Source: Oligoflexia bacterium
GTDB taxonomy: Bacteria > Bdellovibrionota > UBA1018 > CAIMNF01
Length of the DNA stretch: 40,915 nt
Direction: 5' to 3'
Assembly: GCA_903858975.1 (NCBI GenBank)
Contig: CAIOKW010000017.1
Coordinates: 1-40,915, forward strand
Made by a program: the position numbers and the translations under genes. The notes beneath the pieces were generated by a model. It did no database searches. It saw only the letters and a program-made list of their open reading frames with translations, and had not been told where the DNA came from. Every line of letters starts with the position of its first letter. Position 1 is the first letter of the stretch. Positions 17,833-27,046 of the stretch are shown here, one piece after another.

Positions 17833-19142
17833 GTCTTCCTCAAATCGACGATATGTCTAAATTTTTGTCTCCACCCTGTAAAGACCAAGTCTTCATAGTT
17901 GATAAACTTCACTTTTAACCCGGATTGCCAGCGGGCCATTAACGCATCTCTCACGCGCTCTTCATCGGCTGGATTTTCCAAGATAATCTTAGCTGTAGGT
18001 TCATCTTCACCTTTTTCGTAGACGATCTGAAATTCACGAATGCCCCTGATTTTGTGATCTAAGTAATCCATGATGTAATGTGTGGCGTACTCGACTCCCG
18101 CAATTTCAATCACATCATGCATTCGCCCCTGAATATCATACATGTACGTAGCATCAGGCTCCACCTGTACTGTTGCAATATCGCCTGTCTCATACCGAAT
18201 CAATGGAAAGCCAAAATTTGTGAAATTAGTAATGATCAAATTAGACGCACTACAAGGCTCCACATAGAACGCACGCTCGAAAACCTTTAGCTTATTGTAT
18301 GGATCGTCCCAACGCGTATGCGCCATCACTCCAAACTCAGCATTGCCATAACGGTTTACCACTTTACATAAGGTGTTTTTTTCGATGGACTCCACCATTT
18401 TTGGCGTAATCATTTCTCCCGACGGCTCGAACACTTGAAATAAGCGCTTTGGCTTATAGCCCTTACGCTCAATGTAGCTAGAAATTGCATACATACTCGA
18501 TGGATGCCCCTGAACAAGATAGGCGCCCCGGGATTTAAGCTGACGATAAGCTCTCTCTAGCAATTCATCCGTGAAAGCCCCTACCATCAGTCGCTTCCGA
18601 TTTTGCGAGAAGAGCTTCAGCCAATCTATGAACCTTGCTTTCAGCGGAGGAATACCAAAATCAATTTCGGCTGAGATATGCCAATCTGCATGGTAAGTGC
18701 GCTTACCGGCCATCTCGTACGCTCTCAAATTGATTGCAGATGTCCAATCCAACCCTTCATCGTCATAGTAAAATAGTACTGACTGTCCAGTCGATCCTCC
18801 CGTTTTACGAGGGTGACGCGGTAAATGTGTCTTAGACTTTATCCGTTCAGCCTGCTCTCTTACAATTTCCTTCGTTAGAATCGGCAAATCTTGGAAATGC
18901 CGGAGATCACTCTTTAGTTTTTCAATGTCAAATGAGTGCTTTTTAAAAAGGTCCTGGTAGTACGGAATTTCGCTCTTACAATGCAAGGCAAGTCGGTAGG
19001 CTGCATCCCTTTGAATCTGTAGCTGCTCTAGGCGCGGCAATTGTTCGTATTTCCGAAGCTCCAGAAGTTTAGGCTTTATACGGGGGCGCGCTTTTTTTTC
19101 AAGTATCGGATAGAGAATTAAGCCATTGAAAAATCGAATCAA
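17829..19142 (-). CDS. PaaK/CapK-like adenylate-forming enzyme, paralog 2
   Basis: 437-aa ORF. Motifs: IPYYQDLF, LPILTKE, RKTGGSTG, QGHPSSMYAIS, RYETGD. It is alignable by eye to 14044-15360 over the full length but clearly diverged. Confidence 0.85.
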   Translation of the reverse strand: MIRFFNGLILYPILEKKARPRIKPKLLELRKYEQLPRLEQLQIQRDAAYRLALHCKSEIPYYQDLFKKHSFDIEKLKSDLRHFQDLPILTKEIVREQAERIKSKTHLPRHPRKTGGSTGQSVLFYYDDEGLDWTSAINLRAYEMAGKRTYHADWHISAEIDFGIPPLKARFIDWLKLFSQNRKRLMVGAFTDELLERAYRQLKSRGAYLVQGHPSSMYAISSYIERKGYKPKRLFQVFEPSGEMITPKMVESIEKNTLCKVVNRYGNAEFGVMAHTRWDDPYNKLKVFERAFYVEPCSASNLIITNFTNFGFPLIRYETGDIATVQVEPDATYMYDIQGRMHDVIEIAGVEYATHYIMDYLDHKIRGIREFQIVYEKGEDEPTAKIILENPADEERVRDALMARWQSGLKVKFINYEDLVFTGWRQKFRHIVDLRKT

Positions 19143-19174
19143 AATTGCACCCCTTTATAGCGAACGATCATAGC

Positions 19175-20341
19175 TCAGATTTTTAAAACTCCCAACATCT
19201 TCTCTAAACGCTTCGCCCAAGTATTTTCAAGCGCAAGAGCGTCCGAGTCCTCAGGATAAGCCACCCCACGCTCCATAGCCGCAGAAATCTGCATCTCTAA
19301 CATCGCCCCGTCCTGATACGGATAGAAAAAATCCAAGTATTCCTGAAGTGAATCAATATTTCGGGCGACAATAGGCTTCCCTGCAGCCATGTATTCAAAG
19401 AATTTCATCGGAAACATAGATTGCGTGTACTCGTTGAGTGGACACGGAATAACTGCAACATTAAATGCTGCCAAATGATCTGGAAGATTTTCGTAGCTTT
19501 TGGGGCCAAGAAAATGAATGTTGGACTCACCACGCAGGGCCTCCATTTGCGAATCTGGCTGCCCCTCTCCCACTTTACCAATGAGTACCCACTGCCAGTC
19601 CCGGCGCTTCCGCGCCACACTCAGGACCGAATCGACGTCAAATTTATAGGAACTCAGAGCTCCAATAAATCCAATTCGCGGCCCCGGGATAGATGAATAC
19701 TCAATAGGTAACTCCCTCGCATTTCGCGCTCTTGAAAAATGCTGGTAGTCGACCACATTTCCAAAATAATACGTCTTCCCATGCGCTTGCTTTTTACAGT
19801 GTTCTTCTATTTTACGACTCGTACAAAAAACAGCATTAGCTGCTTGAAGTAGTTCGGCCTCATTTGAAAGGATGGTTTTAGGATCGACCCCGGGAGCGGC
19901 CGCAAGATCATCCACACTATGATAAACAAGTTTTTGGTAATCCATTGACTTAGCGAGTTTTAAAATGAGTGGATTATAGGTCCAAATGATTGGCTTTTTG
20001 AGCCCCAGTTTTTTTTGATAGTATTTTAGGCTTGCTTGAAGGAGCCAGTCATTGAAGCTCCTGACCAGTGAGAATCGATGAAACGGTACAATGACTGGCG
20101 AATACACAAATAGATTCGGGCGAACCTCTCGTACTCCACGGAAGAGCTTTTTAATCCGGTTCAGGATTCGGCTCAAATCAGCAATCTTGAGCTGGGGCTG
20201 ACGAAGCCCCAGGGACTCGATATATAGAACTCGGAATCCCCGCTCCGTCAAATGAACGGCCGTATGTTGTTTATTCGTCCAAAAAGGATTATCCCAATCT
20301 GCGGTTGAGAATAGAATCACGGGCGGAAGATCTTTAATCAA
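19175..20341 (-). CDS. GT-B glycosyltransferase (TuaH-like GT1 family)
   Basis: The ORF extends to ATG 20506, but that would overlap the divergent gene's 5' end by 125 nt. TTG 20341 is preceded by GAGGA and lies just before the family-typical N-terminus PPVILFSTADWDNPFWTNKQH...RVLYIES. The start is therefore uncertain. Confidence 0.7.
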   Translation of the reverse strand: MIKDLPPVILFSTADWDNPFWTNKQHTAVHLTERGFRVLYIESLGLRQPQLKIADLSRILNRIKKLFRGVREVRPNLFVYSPVIVPFHRFSLVRSFNDWLLQASLKYYQKKLGLKKPIIWTYNPLILKLAKSMDYQKLVYHSVDDLAAAPGVDPKTILSNEAELLQAANAVFCTSRKIEEHCKKQAHGKTYYFGNVVDYQHFSRARNARELPIEYSSIPGPRIGFIGALSSYKFDVDSVLSVARKRRDWQWVLIGKVGEGQPDSQMEALRGESNIHFLGPKSYENLPDHLAAFNVAVIPCPLNEYTQSMFPMKFFEYMAAGKPIVARNIDSLQEYLDFFYPYQDGAMLEMQISAAMERGVAYPEDSDALALENTWAKRLEKMLGVLKI

Positions 20342-20381
20342 CTTGCGTTTCCTCGTTTCTCCATAGAATATCGGGCTTATC

Positions 20382-21407
20382 GTGAAAATTGAAGCAAAAA
20401 TCAAATTCTGGTTACGCAGGACTCCTTGGTTAAAAAAAACCGTAAAGAAGGCTCTTCGAATTGATGCAGTGAATTCCCAAGTCGCTGAGCTTGAGCGAAA
20501 ACTCATCTATAGCTACATCGAACGGCTTCACTCTCGTATTTCCGCTTTGGAGGAGCACGTCGGTAAAAAGCAAAGCGTGATCCTCAATTTTGACGACCCC
20601 CGCCCCCCTCGATTTGACGCGGTCGTTTCTCAGGCTTCCACCGCAGAACAAATACTTGAACCGACCTACGCACTTTGGTGTGCTCGACTCAATGAAAAAC
20701 CGAATTTTCACCGAAAACTCTGGGAATATAACTACATCCTCCAAGCCCTAGAACAAAATCATAAACTTGCTCCCGGAATGAATGGACTCGGTTTTGGCGT
20801 TGGAAAGGATCCGATTGTTGCTTACATGGTGAGAACCGGCTGCAAAATTATTGCTACAGACCTTGACCCAGAATCCGCATACCAAGCCGGCTGGGTTGAG
20901 ACCAACCAATACTCAGAAAAGCTGTTGAACTTGAATGAAAGAAAGATCTGCTCTGATAAAGCCCTCTTCAACAATGTTGAGCTCAGAAACGTAAATATGA
21001 ACTCTATACCCGCTGAGTTGTCTCAGGAGCAGTTTGACTTTGTTTGGTCTGCCTGCGCCTATGAGCACCTCGGGTCCATCGAACAGGGACTCCAATTTGT
21101 CGTGAACTCAATGAGTTGTTTGAAACCCGGTGGAATCGCTGTTCACACGACAGAACTAAACGTTTCCTCAAATGATGAGACCCTAACCACTGGTGGAACC
21201 GTCCTCTTTAGAAAACGTGATATCGAGGATCTCGCATCAAGACTTAGGCGTCTAGGCTATGAAATCGATCTCAATTTTCATTTAGGCAGTCAAGCACTCG
21301 ATCGTTTCTACGATGTTCCGCCATATAGCGAATTTACCCATCTTAAGCTAGAACTTGACCGTTTTATAACCACCTCTTACGGCATCATAGTCAAGAAACC
21401 TTCTTAG
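20382..21407 (+). CDS. class I SAM-dependent methyltransferase with N-terminal coiled-coil-like segment
   Basis: 341-aa ORF with a GTG start. Motif I is LGFGVGKDPIVAYM...ATDLDP, followed by FDFVWSACAYEHL and LKPGGIAVHTTE. The N-terminal heptad-like stretch is VNSQVAELERKLIYSYIERLHSRISALEEHV. Confidence 0.8.
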   Translation: MKIEAKIKFWLRRTPWLKKTVKKALRIDAVNSQVAELERKLIYSYIERLHSRISALEEHVGKKQSVILNFDDPRPPRFDAVVSQASTAEQILEPTYALWCARLNEKPNFHRKLWEYNYILQALEQNHKLAPGMNGLGFGVGKDPIVAYMVRTGCKIIATDLDPESAYQAGWVETNQYSEKLLNLNERKICSDKALFNNVELRNVNMNSIPAELSQEQFDFVWSACAYEHLGSIEQGLQFVVNSMSCLKPGGIAVHTTELNVSSNDETLTTGGTVLFRKRDIEDLASRLRRLGYEIDLNFHLGSQALDRFYDVPPYSEFTHLKLELDRFITTSYGIIVKKPS

Positions 21408-21445
21408 ACTTCTGAAACCTAAAGTTACATGATAGGTTTACCAAG

Positions 21446-22528
21446 ATGAACAAGCTACTTTTTTGCATTGGAACTCGACCTGAAGCAATTAAACTCGCCC
21501 CCCTGATTCTAGAGGCCAAAAAACGAGGGTTCACCACCACCGTAGTTACAACAGGGCAACATCAGGAACTTTTGGAGCCTTTCCTCAATTTTTTCAGCAT
21601 CGCTCCAGACTTTCGACTAAACGTACTTAATCAAGGCCAGTCTCTATCGGGCCTCACCTCAAAGATCATCAGTGATTTTAGCCCAATCCTAACTTCTTTG
21701 AAGCCTGATCTTGTATTCACCCAGGGCGATACCGCCACAGCCTTTGCATGTTCACTGGTGGCCTTCTACGAAAAGATTGCCGTTGCACACATTGAGGCAG
21801 GCCTCCGCACACATGATAGCTATTCACCCTTTCCCGAGGAAATGAATCGGCAGTTAATTGGAAAAATTGCGAATTATCACTTTGCTCCGACAGATCAAGC
21901 AAAAGAGAATCTGATGTTAGAAGGAATTCGGGATAATATTTGGGTTACCGGTAATACCGGGATCGATGCCCTTCGCATTACCCTTGATAAAATTCCGGAC
22001 TCTCCCGCCTCCAATAAAAAAAGAATATTAATGACTTGCCATCGCCGCGAAAATCACGGGGCCCCACTCGATCGCATTTGTAGAGCGGTACGTGCAGTTT
22101 TGGACCAACACCCAGATACTGAGGTCCTATTTCCGGTCCATCCAAATCCAAACATAAAAGAACGCGTTCAGGGACTTCTCGGTGACCATTCCAGAATTCA
22201 TTTGGTCGATCCGCTCGGTTATGTTGAATTTGCGGCCGAGATGAAAAAGGCTTTTCTAATTCTTACAGATTCAGGTGGAGTCCAAGAAGAGGCCCCGTAC
22301 TTAAAAAAACCCATTTTTGTCCTCAGGGAAACCACTGAGAGACCCGAGGGAGTTTCTGCCGGAGTGGCAGCGCTCGTAGGTTCAGATCAAGATAAAATAA
22401 CCGAATATGTCGGAAGAGCCCTCACCAACCCCAACTATTATCAGTCATTTCAAAAATCAATTAGCCCTTATGGTGACGGGTTTGCGAGTACAAAAATTCT
22501 GGACGCCATTGCTCAATTAGGAAAATAA
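21446..22528 (+). CDS. wecB: UDP-N-acetylglucosamine 2-epimerase (non-hydrolysing)
   Basis: 360-aa ORF. Motifs: FCIGTRPEAIKLAPL, VTTGQH, VFTQGDTAT, AHIEAGLRT, PEEMNR, TDSGGVQEEAP, RETTERPEG. Confidence 0.93.
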   Translation: MNKLLFCIGTRPEAIKLAPLILEAKKRGFTTTVVTTGQHQELLEPFLNFFSIAPDFRLNVLNQGQSLSGLTSKIISDFSPILTSLKPDLVFTQGDTATAFACSLVAFYEKIAVAHIEAGLRTHDSYSPFPEEMNRQLIGKIANYHFAPTDQAKENLMLEGIRDNIWVTGNTGIDALRITLDKIPDSPASNKKRILMTCHRRENHGAPLDRICRAVRAVLDQHPDTEVLFPVHPNPNIKERVQGLLGDHSRIHLVDPLGYVEFAAEMKKAFLILTDSGGVQEEAPYLKKPIFVLRETTERPEGVSAGVAALVGSDQDKITEYVGRALTNPNYYQSFQKSISPYGDGFASTKILDAIAQLGK

Positions 22529-22529
22529 A

Positions 22530-23930
22530 ATGATTAAGGTCCATTTTGAAAACCCTGAAATACAAGAAATCATCAGTAAGGCCATGATCCGTTCTTTTAC
22601 GCATGGCCTAGTGACTTCAATTACTAGCGAGAACGCATCGATTTCTGTGAGCGATCAAATGCTTGCCGGATTTCAAAAACAAATCATATTTGGACCCATT
22701 CCCGAGACCCTTAAAGACTCCATGAATATACTGGGAGTGATTTCTAATGAGGTGATTGAATTCAAAACTCACAGACTCACTGAAAACCTCCACCTCAGAT
22801 CAAGGCATCTCGAACGATATGATTTCGAAAAAGAGTGGAACAACCTAGGCTACGGACGAATCCATAAGGATGAAAGATCGATCTGGGGATTGGCCAATTC
22901 AGTATCTCTGAATTACTGTGGCGTCTTCGACTCGAAAGACTCCTCGATTCTCTGGTTCAATCGCCCCATCGGCCCTGTAGACGGCTTTGATTGGCGAATC
23001 ATTGAAGACTTCGTTTCCTGCTATAGATGGGATGAAATCACGGCTTTGCCAGCTCTTGCTGAGATTCCCGCAAACTATCAGGGTGCGATTACGTTTCGCA
23101 TCGACTGCGATGAAGCAATAGCAAGCGGACGTCCTCTATTTGAACTCTACAAAGAGCACCGATTTCCTTTCTCCCTTGCGATTAAGACGGAACAAGATTT
23201 TGGTGATGATTCATTACGCCTGATCTCAGATATTTTAGATGCGCAAGGATCAATTGTAATTCATTCCCATACCCATGCCCCCGAATGGGGAGAGCCCAGT
23301 CTCAGGGCGGGCCCAAAATCTCGAGGAGACGCATTTTTTGAGGCAAGCACCGCTCTTCAAGTACTTAATGAAAAAATTCCAAATTACAAGACAACCTATG
23401 CAGTATCTCCCTTTCACCAAAATCCAAGAGTGGCGATTCCAAAGTTAGTCCGGGCAGGAATTGACGGATTTGTGGGTGGAATTATTTGTAATGATCCCGA
23501 ATACCTGATGGCTCGTGGTGGTGGAGTTCCTTTCTCAGAGGGCATTATTTCTCACTCAGAACAATGCATGTTCCACGGGGACTGCGTTCACCCCAATCAA
23601 GACTCACTCCAGATTTACTTCGAAGCCATTGAAAACGCATTGAAAACCGAAACATTTTTTGGATATCTCGATCATCCGTTTTCAAATTATCATTATGGCT
23701 GGAAATCTGAAGACGACCGTCTCCAAGCCCACTCGCGATTTCTCAATTACATTGATAAAAAAGAAGGAATCTGGAAGGCAAGTCTCAAGGATACGCTAGA
23801 CTTTTTGTGGGACCGGGCTAACGCTGCAATGAATTTGTCAGGCGATCGCATTACTGTCACCTACCGCGCAAAACGCAGAAGCAATCAAGGATTGAAGGCG
23901 CGGTGGCGGGGAAAATCACACATACTCTAG
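22530..23930 (+). CDS. hypothetical protein with divergent polysaccharide-deacetylase (CE4/NodB)-like core
   Basis: 466-aa ORF starting 1 nt after the wecB stop. ITFRIDCDE resembles NodB motif 1, IVIHSHTHAPEW fits the H-[ST]-x-x-H motif 2, and LDHPFSNYHYGW is a possible late His motif. The assignment is tentative. Confidence 0.5.
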   Translation: MIKVHFENPEIQEIISKAMIRSFTHGLVTSITSENASISVSDQMLAGFQKQIIFGPIPETLKDSMNILGVISNEVIEFKTHRLTENLHLRSRHLERYDFEKEWNNLGYGRIHKDERSIWGLANSVSLNYCGVFDSKDSSILWFNRPIGPVDGFDWRIIEDFVSCYRWDEITALPALAEIPANYQGAITFRIDCDEAIASGRPLFELYKEHRFPFSLAIKTEQDFGDDSLRLISDILDAQGSIVIHSHTHAPEWGEPSLRAGPKSRGDAFFEASTALQVLNEKIPNYKTTYAVSPFHQNPRVAIPKLVRAGIDGFVGGIICNDPEYLMARGGGVPFSEGIISHSEQCMFHGDCVHPNQDSLQIYFEAIENALKTETFFGYLDHPFSNYHYGWKSEDDRLQAHSRFLNYIDKKEGIWKASLKDTLDFLWDRANAAMNLSGDRITVTYRAKRRSNQGLKARWRGKSHIL

Positions 23931-24000
23931 CCTTCGCCTAGGTTGACTACTTAGGCAACCCATTTGAAATAATCAACTTTTCATGGAAAGATAGCCAAAC

Positions 24001-25065
24001 ATGAGAATCCTGAATCATCGCTACCTCATCACAATTATTGCTGTGATCATGTTTCAATATCCAACACTGGCCTTCCTCGTACACGGACTGGGCCACAACG
24101 CTACTCTACTGGACGCCTGCAAATGGGACTGCATCCACTATGTAAAACTCACGAATGAGTTGAAGCCCTCTGCGTTTTTTCCGCTCCTTCCCTGGTTAGC
24201 TCAAAGCCTTCAACGCATTTCAGGACTTGAATCGGTCCCTTCGCTTTTGTGGATCACCAACTTATTCAATATCGGCGCAAGCTTCTTAGCGCTCCTCTTG
24301 GGTGAGGCCCTTTGGGAGGAGTCTACATTTCCCTCAATTTTAGGATTTAAGCGAGAGTCATGGATCCTGATTGCATGCCTATCCCTTTACCCCCAGCATT
24401 TCTTTGGAATGATTGGATATCCAGAGCCGCTTTTTCTCTTTTTATTCGCGGGTGGCTGGCTTGCGCTTTGGAAAAATCGCCTGCTCCTTTCAGCGCTTTC
24501 TTTTTCGCTCACCGCTCTCGCACGAGCCCAAGGGATTTGGGTGGTTGCAATCCTGGGACTCTTTGCGCTTTACCACCTCTTGAGCAGCAAAGAAGCGCGT
24601 CTGAAATGGTTTGCGTTCGGACTGATCCTCGCCCTTCCCTTCTTGGGCCTTCTGATCTGGAACCATCAAATTACCGGAGATTTTCTTTACTTCTTGAAGG
24701 AACAATCCAAATGGGGAAGGTCATTCGACTTCCTTTCGGGGCTCAAAAACCACCTTCCCCGTTACGATGATTCCCGTTTCTTTGTGTACTGTACCCTGGG
24801 CTTAGGAATCGCTGCGTTCAGAAAAAAATCGGATCCGCGGTGGCTCGTCATGATCGCTACCATGATTGCATTTGCCGAACTTCCCATTTTCTATGGCGGT
24901 TACTATAGCTATGTGCGCTTTGTTTCGATTAATTTAGGTCTCTTTTGTCTCGCAAGCGAGTTTTTGGCGAGTCGGCCCATCCTGACTTTTCTATGGCTCG
25001 CCTTTAGCTTAACGAGACTTGCCATTGCCACCATGACCTATACCTCTGGAGTTTGGGCAGGATAA
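24001..25065 (+). CDS. polytopic membrane protein, PIG-V/GT-C-like mannosyltransferase candidate
   Basis: 354-aa ORF with about 9-10 TM segments. The first-loop motif KWDCIHYVKL...SAFFPLLPWL resembles the WD..Y....FFPLYP signature of PIG-V-like GT-C proteins. Confidence 0.55.
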   Translation: MRILNHRYLITIIAVIMFQYPTLAFLVHGLGHNATLLDACKWDCIHYVKLTNELKPSAFFPLLPWLAQSLQRISGLESVPSLLWITNLFNIGASFLALLLGEALWEESTFPSILGFKRESWILIACLSLYPQHFFGMIGYPEPLFLFLFAGGWLALWKNRLLLSALSFSLTALARAQGIWVVAILGLFALYHLLSSKEARLKWFAFGLILALPFLGLLIWNHQITGDFLYFLKEQSKWGRSFDFLSGLKNHLPRYDDSRFFVYCTLGLGIAAFRKKSDPRWLVMIATMIAFAELPIFYGGYYSYVRFVSINLGLFCLASEFLASRPILTFLWLAFSLTRLAIATMTYTSGVWAG

Positions 25066-25069
25066 ATCT

Positions 25070-27046
25070 ATGCTTAAGTATCGAAAAGATATCGATGGCC
25101 TTCGTGCAATTGCAGTGTTGTCGGTTGTTTTATTTCACGCATTCCCCTCAATGATGCCCGGTGGATTTACTGGGGTGGATGTGTTCTTTGTAATCTCGGG
25201 TTATTTAATCTCGGGCATTCTCTTTAATGAGTTTGAATCAAATACATTTACCTATGCGGGCTTTTACACGCGAAGAATCAAGCGAATTATTCCCGCCCTC
25301 ATTTTAGTGCTCATCTCAGTACTCGCCATGGGTTGGTATACCCTTCTTGCACAGGAGTTTGAATCTCTCGGTAAACATGCATTTGCAAGCGTCCTTTTTT
25401 TTCAAAACTTCAATCTCATCCATGAGTCGGGTTATTTCGATAACGCTTCTGAACTTAAACCGCTTCTCCACCTTTGGTCCCTTGCAGTGGAAGAGCAATT
25501 TTATATTTTTTGGCCACCCCTGATTGCCTGGTTGCTACGAAAGAAGAAATCAGTAACCCAGGGTATCCTTTGGGGCATTGGAATTTCATTTTTGGTGAAC
25601 CTCCTACGCTTAGAAATATTTCCATCCGAGACTTTTTACGCCATATACACACGATTCTGGGAATTACTCGCTGGAGCGTGGTTAGCAAGGCTCCACTTTG
25701 ATCACCCCGAACTGAAGTCTGGTTTTAAATTCTCAAAGTGGGCCTCACTGATTGGTCTTGCCCTTCTCGCCATTTCGTTTGGATGGATCAACAAAGAAGA
25801 CGCATTTCCTGGATTCTATGCAGTGATCCCAATCTTAGGTTCAGTACTGCTGATCTCATCAGGGCCAAACGCACTCATCAATCGCTACCTTCTATCAAGC
25901 CGCGTACTCGTGTGGATTGGCTTAATCAGTTATCCACTTTATCTTTGGCACTGGCCGATTCTCTCTTTTGTTCGAATACTTTCACCAGCAACCGCACTGG
26001 GATTGGGAAATGCCTCGATGGTAAAAGGCATTTGTGTTTTCATCTCCCTTCTTCTTTCCTATGGCAGCTATCGCTGGCTTGAAACTCCGATTCGAAAGCG
26101 GACCCTCAAGTCTATCGGTGGAGTTCCGATCACCTCTGTCTTGCTACTTACATTTTTTGGGTTGGGAACCTTTGGAAAATTGATCGAATTAAATCAAGGG
26201 TTCTCCAATCGATTTGCTGGCAAACGAAATGAAGTGATTCTGAGGAAATCTGCAGATTTCGTACCCGTTCCCTTGAAGGAGTGTAACAAGCTCTACAAAT
26301 CTGAAAACTTCACTGATTTGGATTGGTGCCTGACCAATTTGATTGAATCGAAGCAGGATGTTGTAGTGATCGGAGATAGTCACTCTACCTCTCACTCTGA
26401 AGCGCTCGCTCGATACTATTTGACCAAAGGACGTTCGGTTACTGCATTTGGCATTGGGGACACTCTAGGTTTAATGGGAGTTGAATCAAAAGTAGGTGGA
26501 TACAGAACTGAAACTTCCATTTTCAGTTTCGCCATTCGAGAGAAAGCGAAGACGGTCATTCTCATTTCTCGTGGCCCGATCTTTATAGCTCCTCGAAAGA
26601 CTAAGGACTTTAGGACCATTGGTACCCGTGATGAAAAAGATCACTCAGAAAAGAACCGAGAGAAGATCTATCAAAATGCGCTCGATAGAACCTTAAAAGA
26701 GCTTGATCTCGCGGGTATTGAGACCATTTTCTTCTATGACAATCCCGATCTTGGATTTACCCCCGAGGAACTATGTCTGAAAAGGCCGGTACAACCTTAT
26801 GGAGTCGCACCGCTTGATCCTTGCGGAATTCCCACCACTCGCGTTCTGGAGCGACAAAAGACTTATCGTTCGATTGTCCAATCGGTGGTCTCAAAATATC
26901 CACATGTGAAGACTTTTGACCCTTATCCCTTCCTTTGTGACGATCGTCTTTGCTACGGCATCCGTGAGGGAACCCTCCTTTACAAAGATGCCCATCATTA
27001 CACCCCAGAGGGTGCTGAATGGGTAGGACGCCATTTTAATTTTTAG
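25070..27046 (+). CDS. acyltransferase family 3 (OafA/OatA-like) with C-terminal SGNH domain; probable glycan O-acetyltransferase
   Basis: 658-aa ORF. Motifs: RKDIDGLRAIAVLSVVLFHAF, GVDVFFVISGYLI, LHLWSLAVEEQFY, then a soluble C-terminal domain containing VVIGDSHS. Confidence 0.9.
   Translation: MLKYRKDIDGLRAIAVLSVVLFHAFPSMMPGGFTGVDVFFVISGYLISGILFNEFESNTFTYAGFYTRRIKRIIPALILVLISVLAMGWYTLLAQEFESLGKHAFASVLFFQNFNLIHESGYFDNASELKPLLHLWSLAVEEQFYIFWPPLIAWLLRKKKSVTQGILWGIGISFLVNLLRLEIFPSETFYAIYTRFWELLAGAWLARLHFDHPELKSGFKFSKWASLIGLALLAISFGWINKEDAFPGFYAVIPILGSVLLISSGPNALINRYLLSSRVLVWIGLISYPLYLWHWPILSFVRILSPATALGLGNASMVKGICVFISLLLSYGSYRWLETPIRKRTLKSIGGVPITSVLLLTFFGLGTFGKLIELNQGFSNRFAGKRNEVILRKSADFVPVPLKECNKLYKSENFTDLDWCLTNLIESKQDVVVIGDSHSTSHSEALARYYLTKGRSVTAFGIGDTLGLMGVESKVGGYRTETSIFSFAIREKAKTVILISRGPIFIAPRKTKDFRTIGTRDEKDHSEKNREKIYQNALDRTLKELDLAGIETIFFYDNPDLGFTPEELCLKRPVQPYGVAPLDPCGIPTTRVLERQKTYRSIVQSVVSKYPHVKTFDPYPFLCDDRLCYGIREGTLLYKDAHHYTPEGAEWVGRHFNF

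Noticed and set aside
24360-24770. 136-aa same-strand alternative-frame ORF inside the PIG-V-like membrane protein gene.
   Set aside because: The translation is Pro/Ser/Arg-rich with no structure signal. The overlapping frame encodes coherent TM helices.
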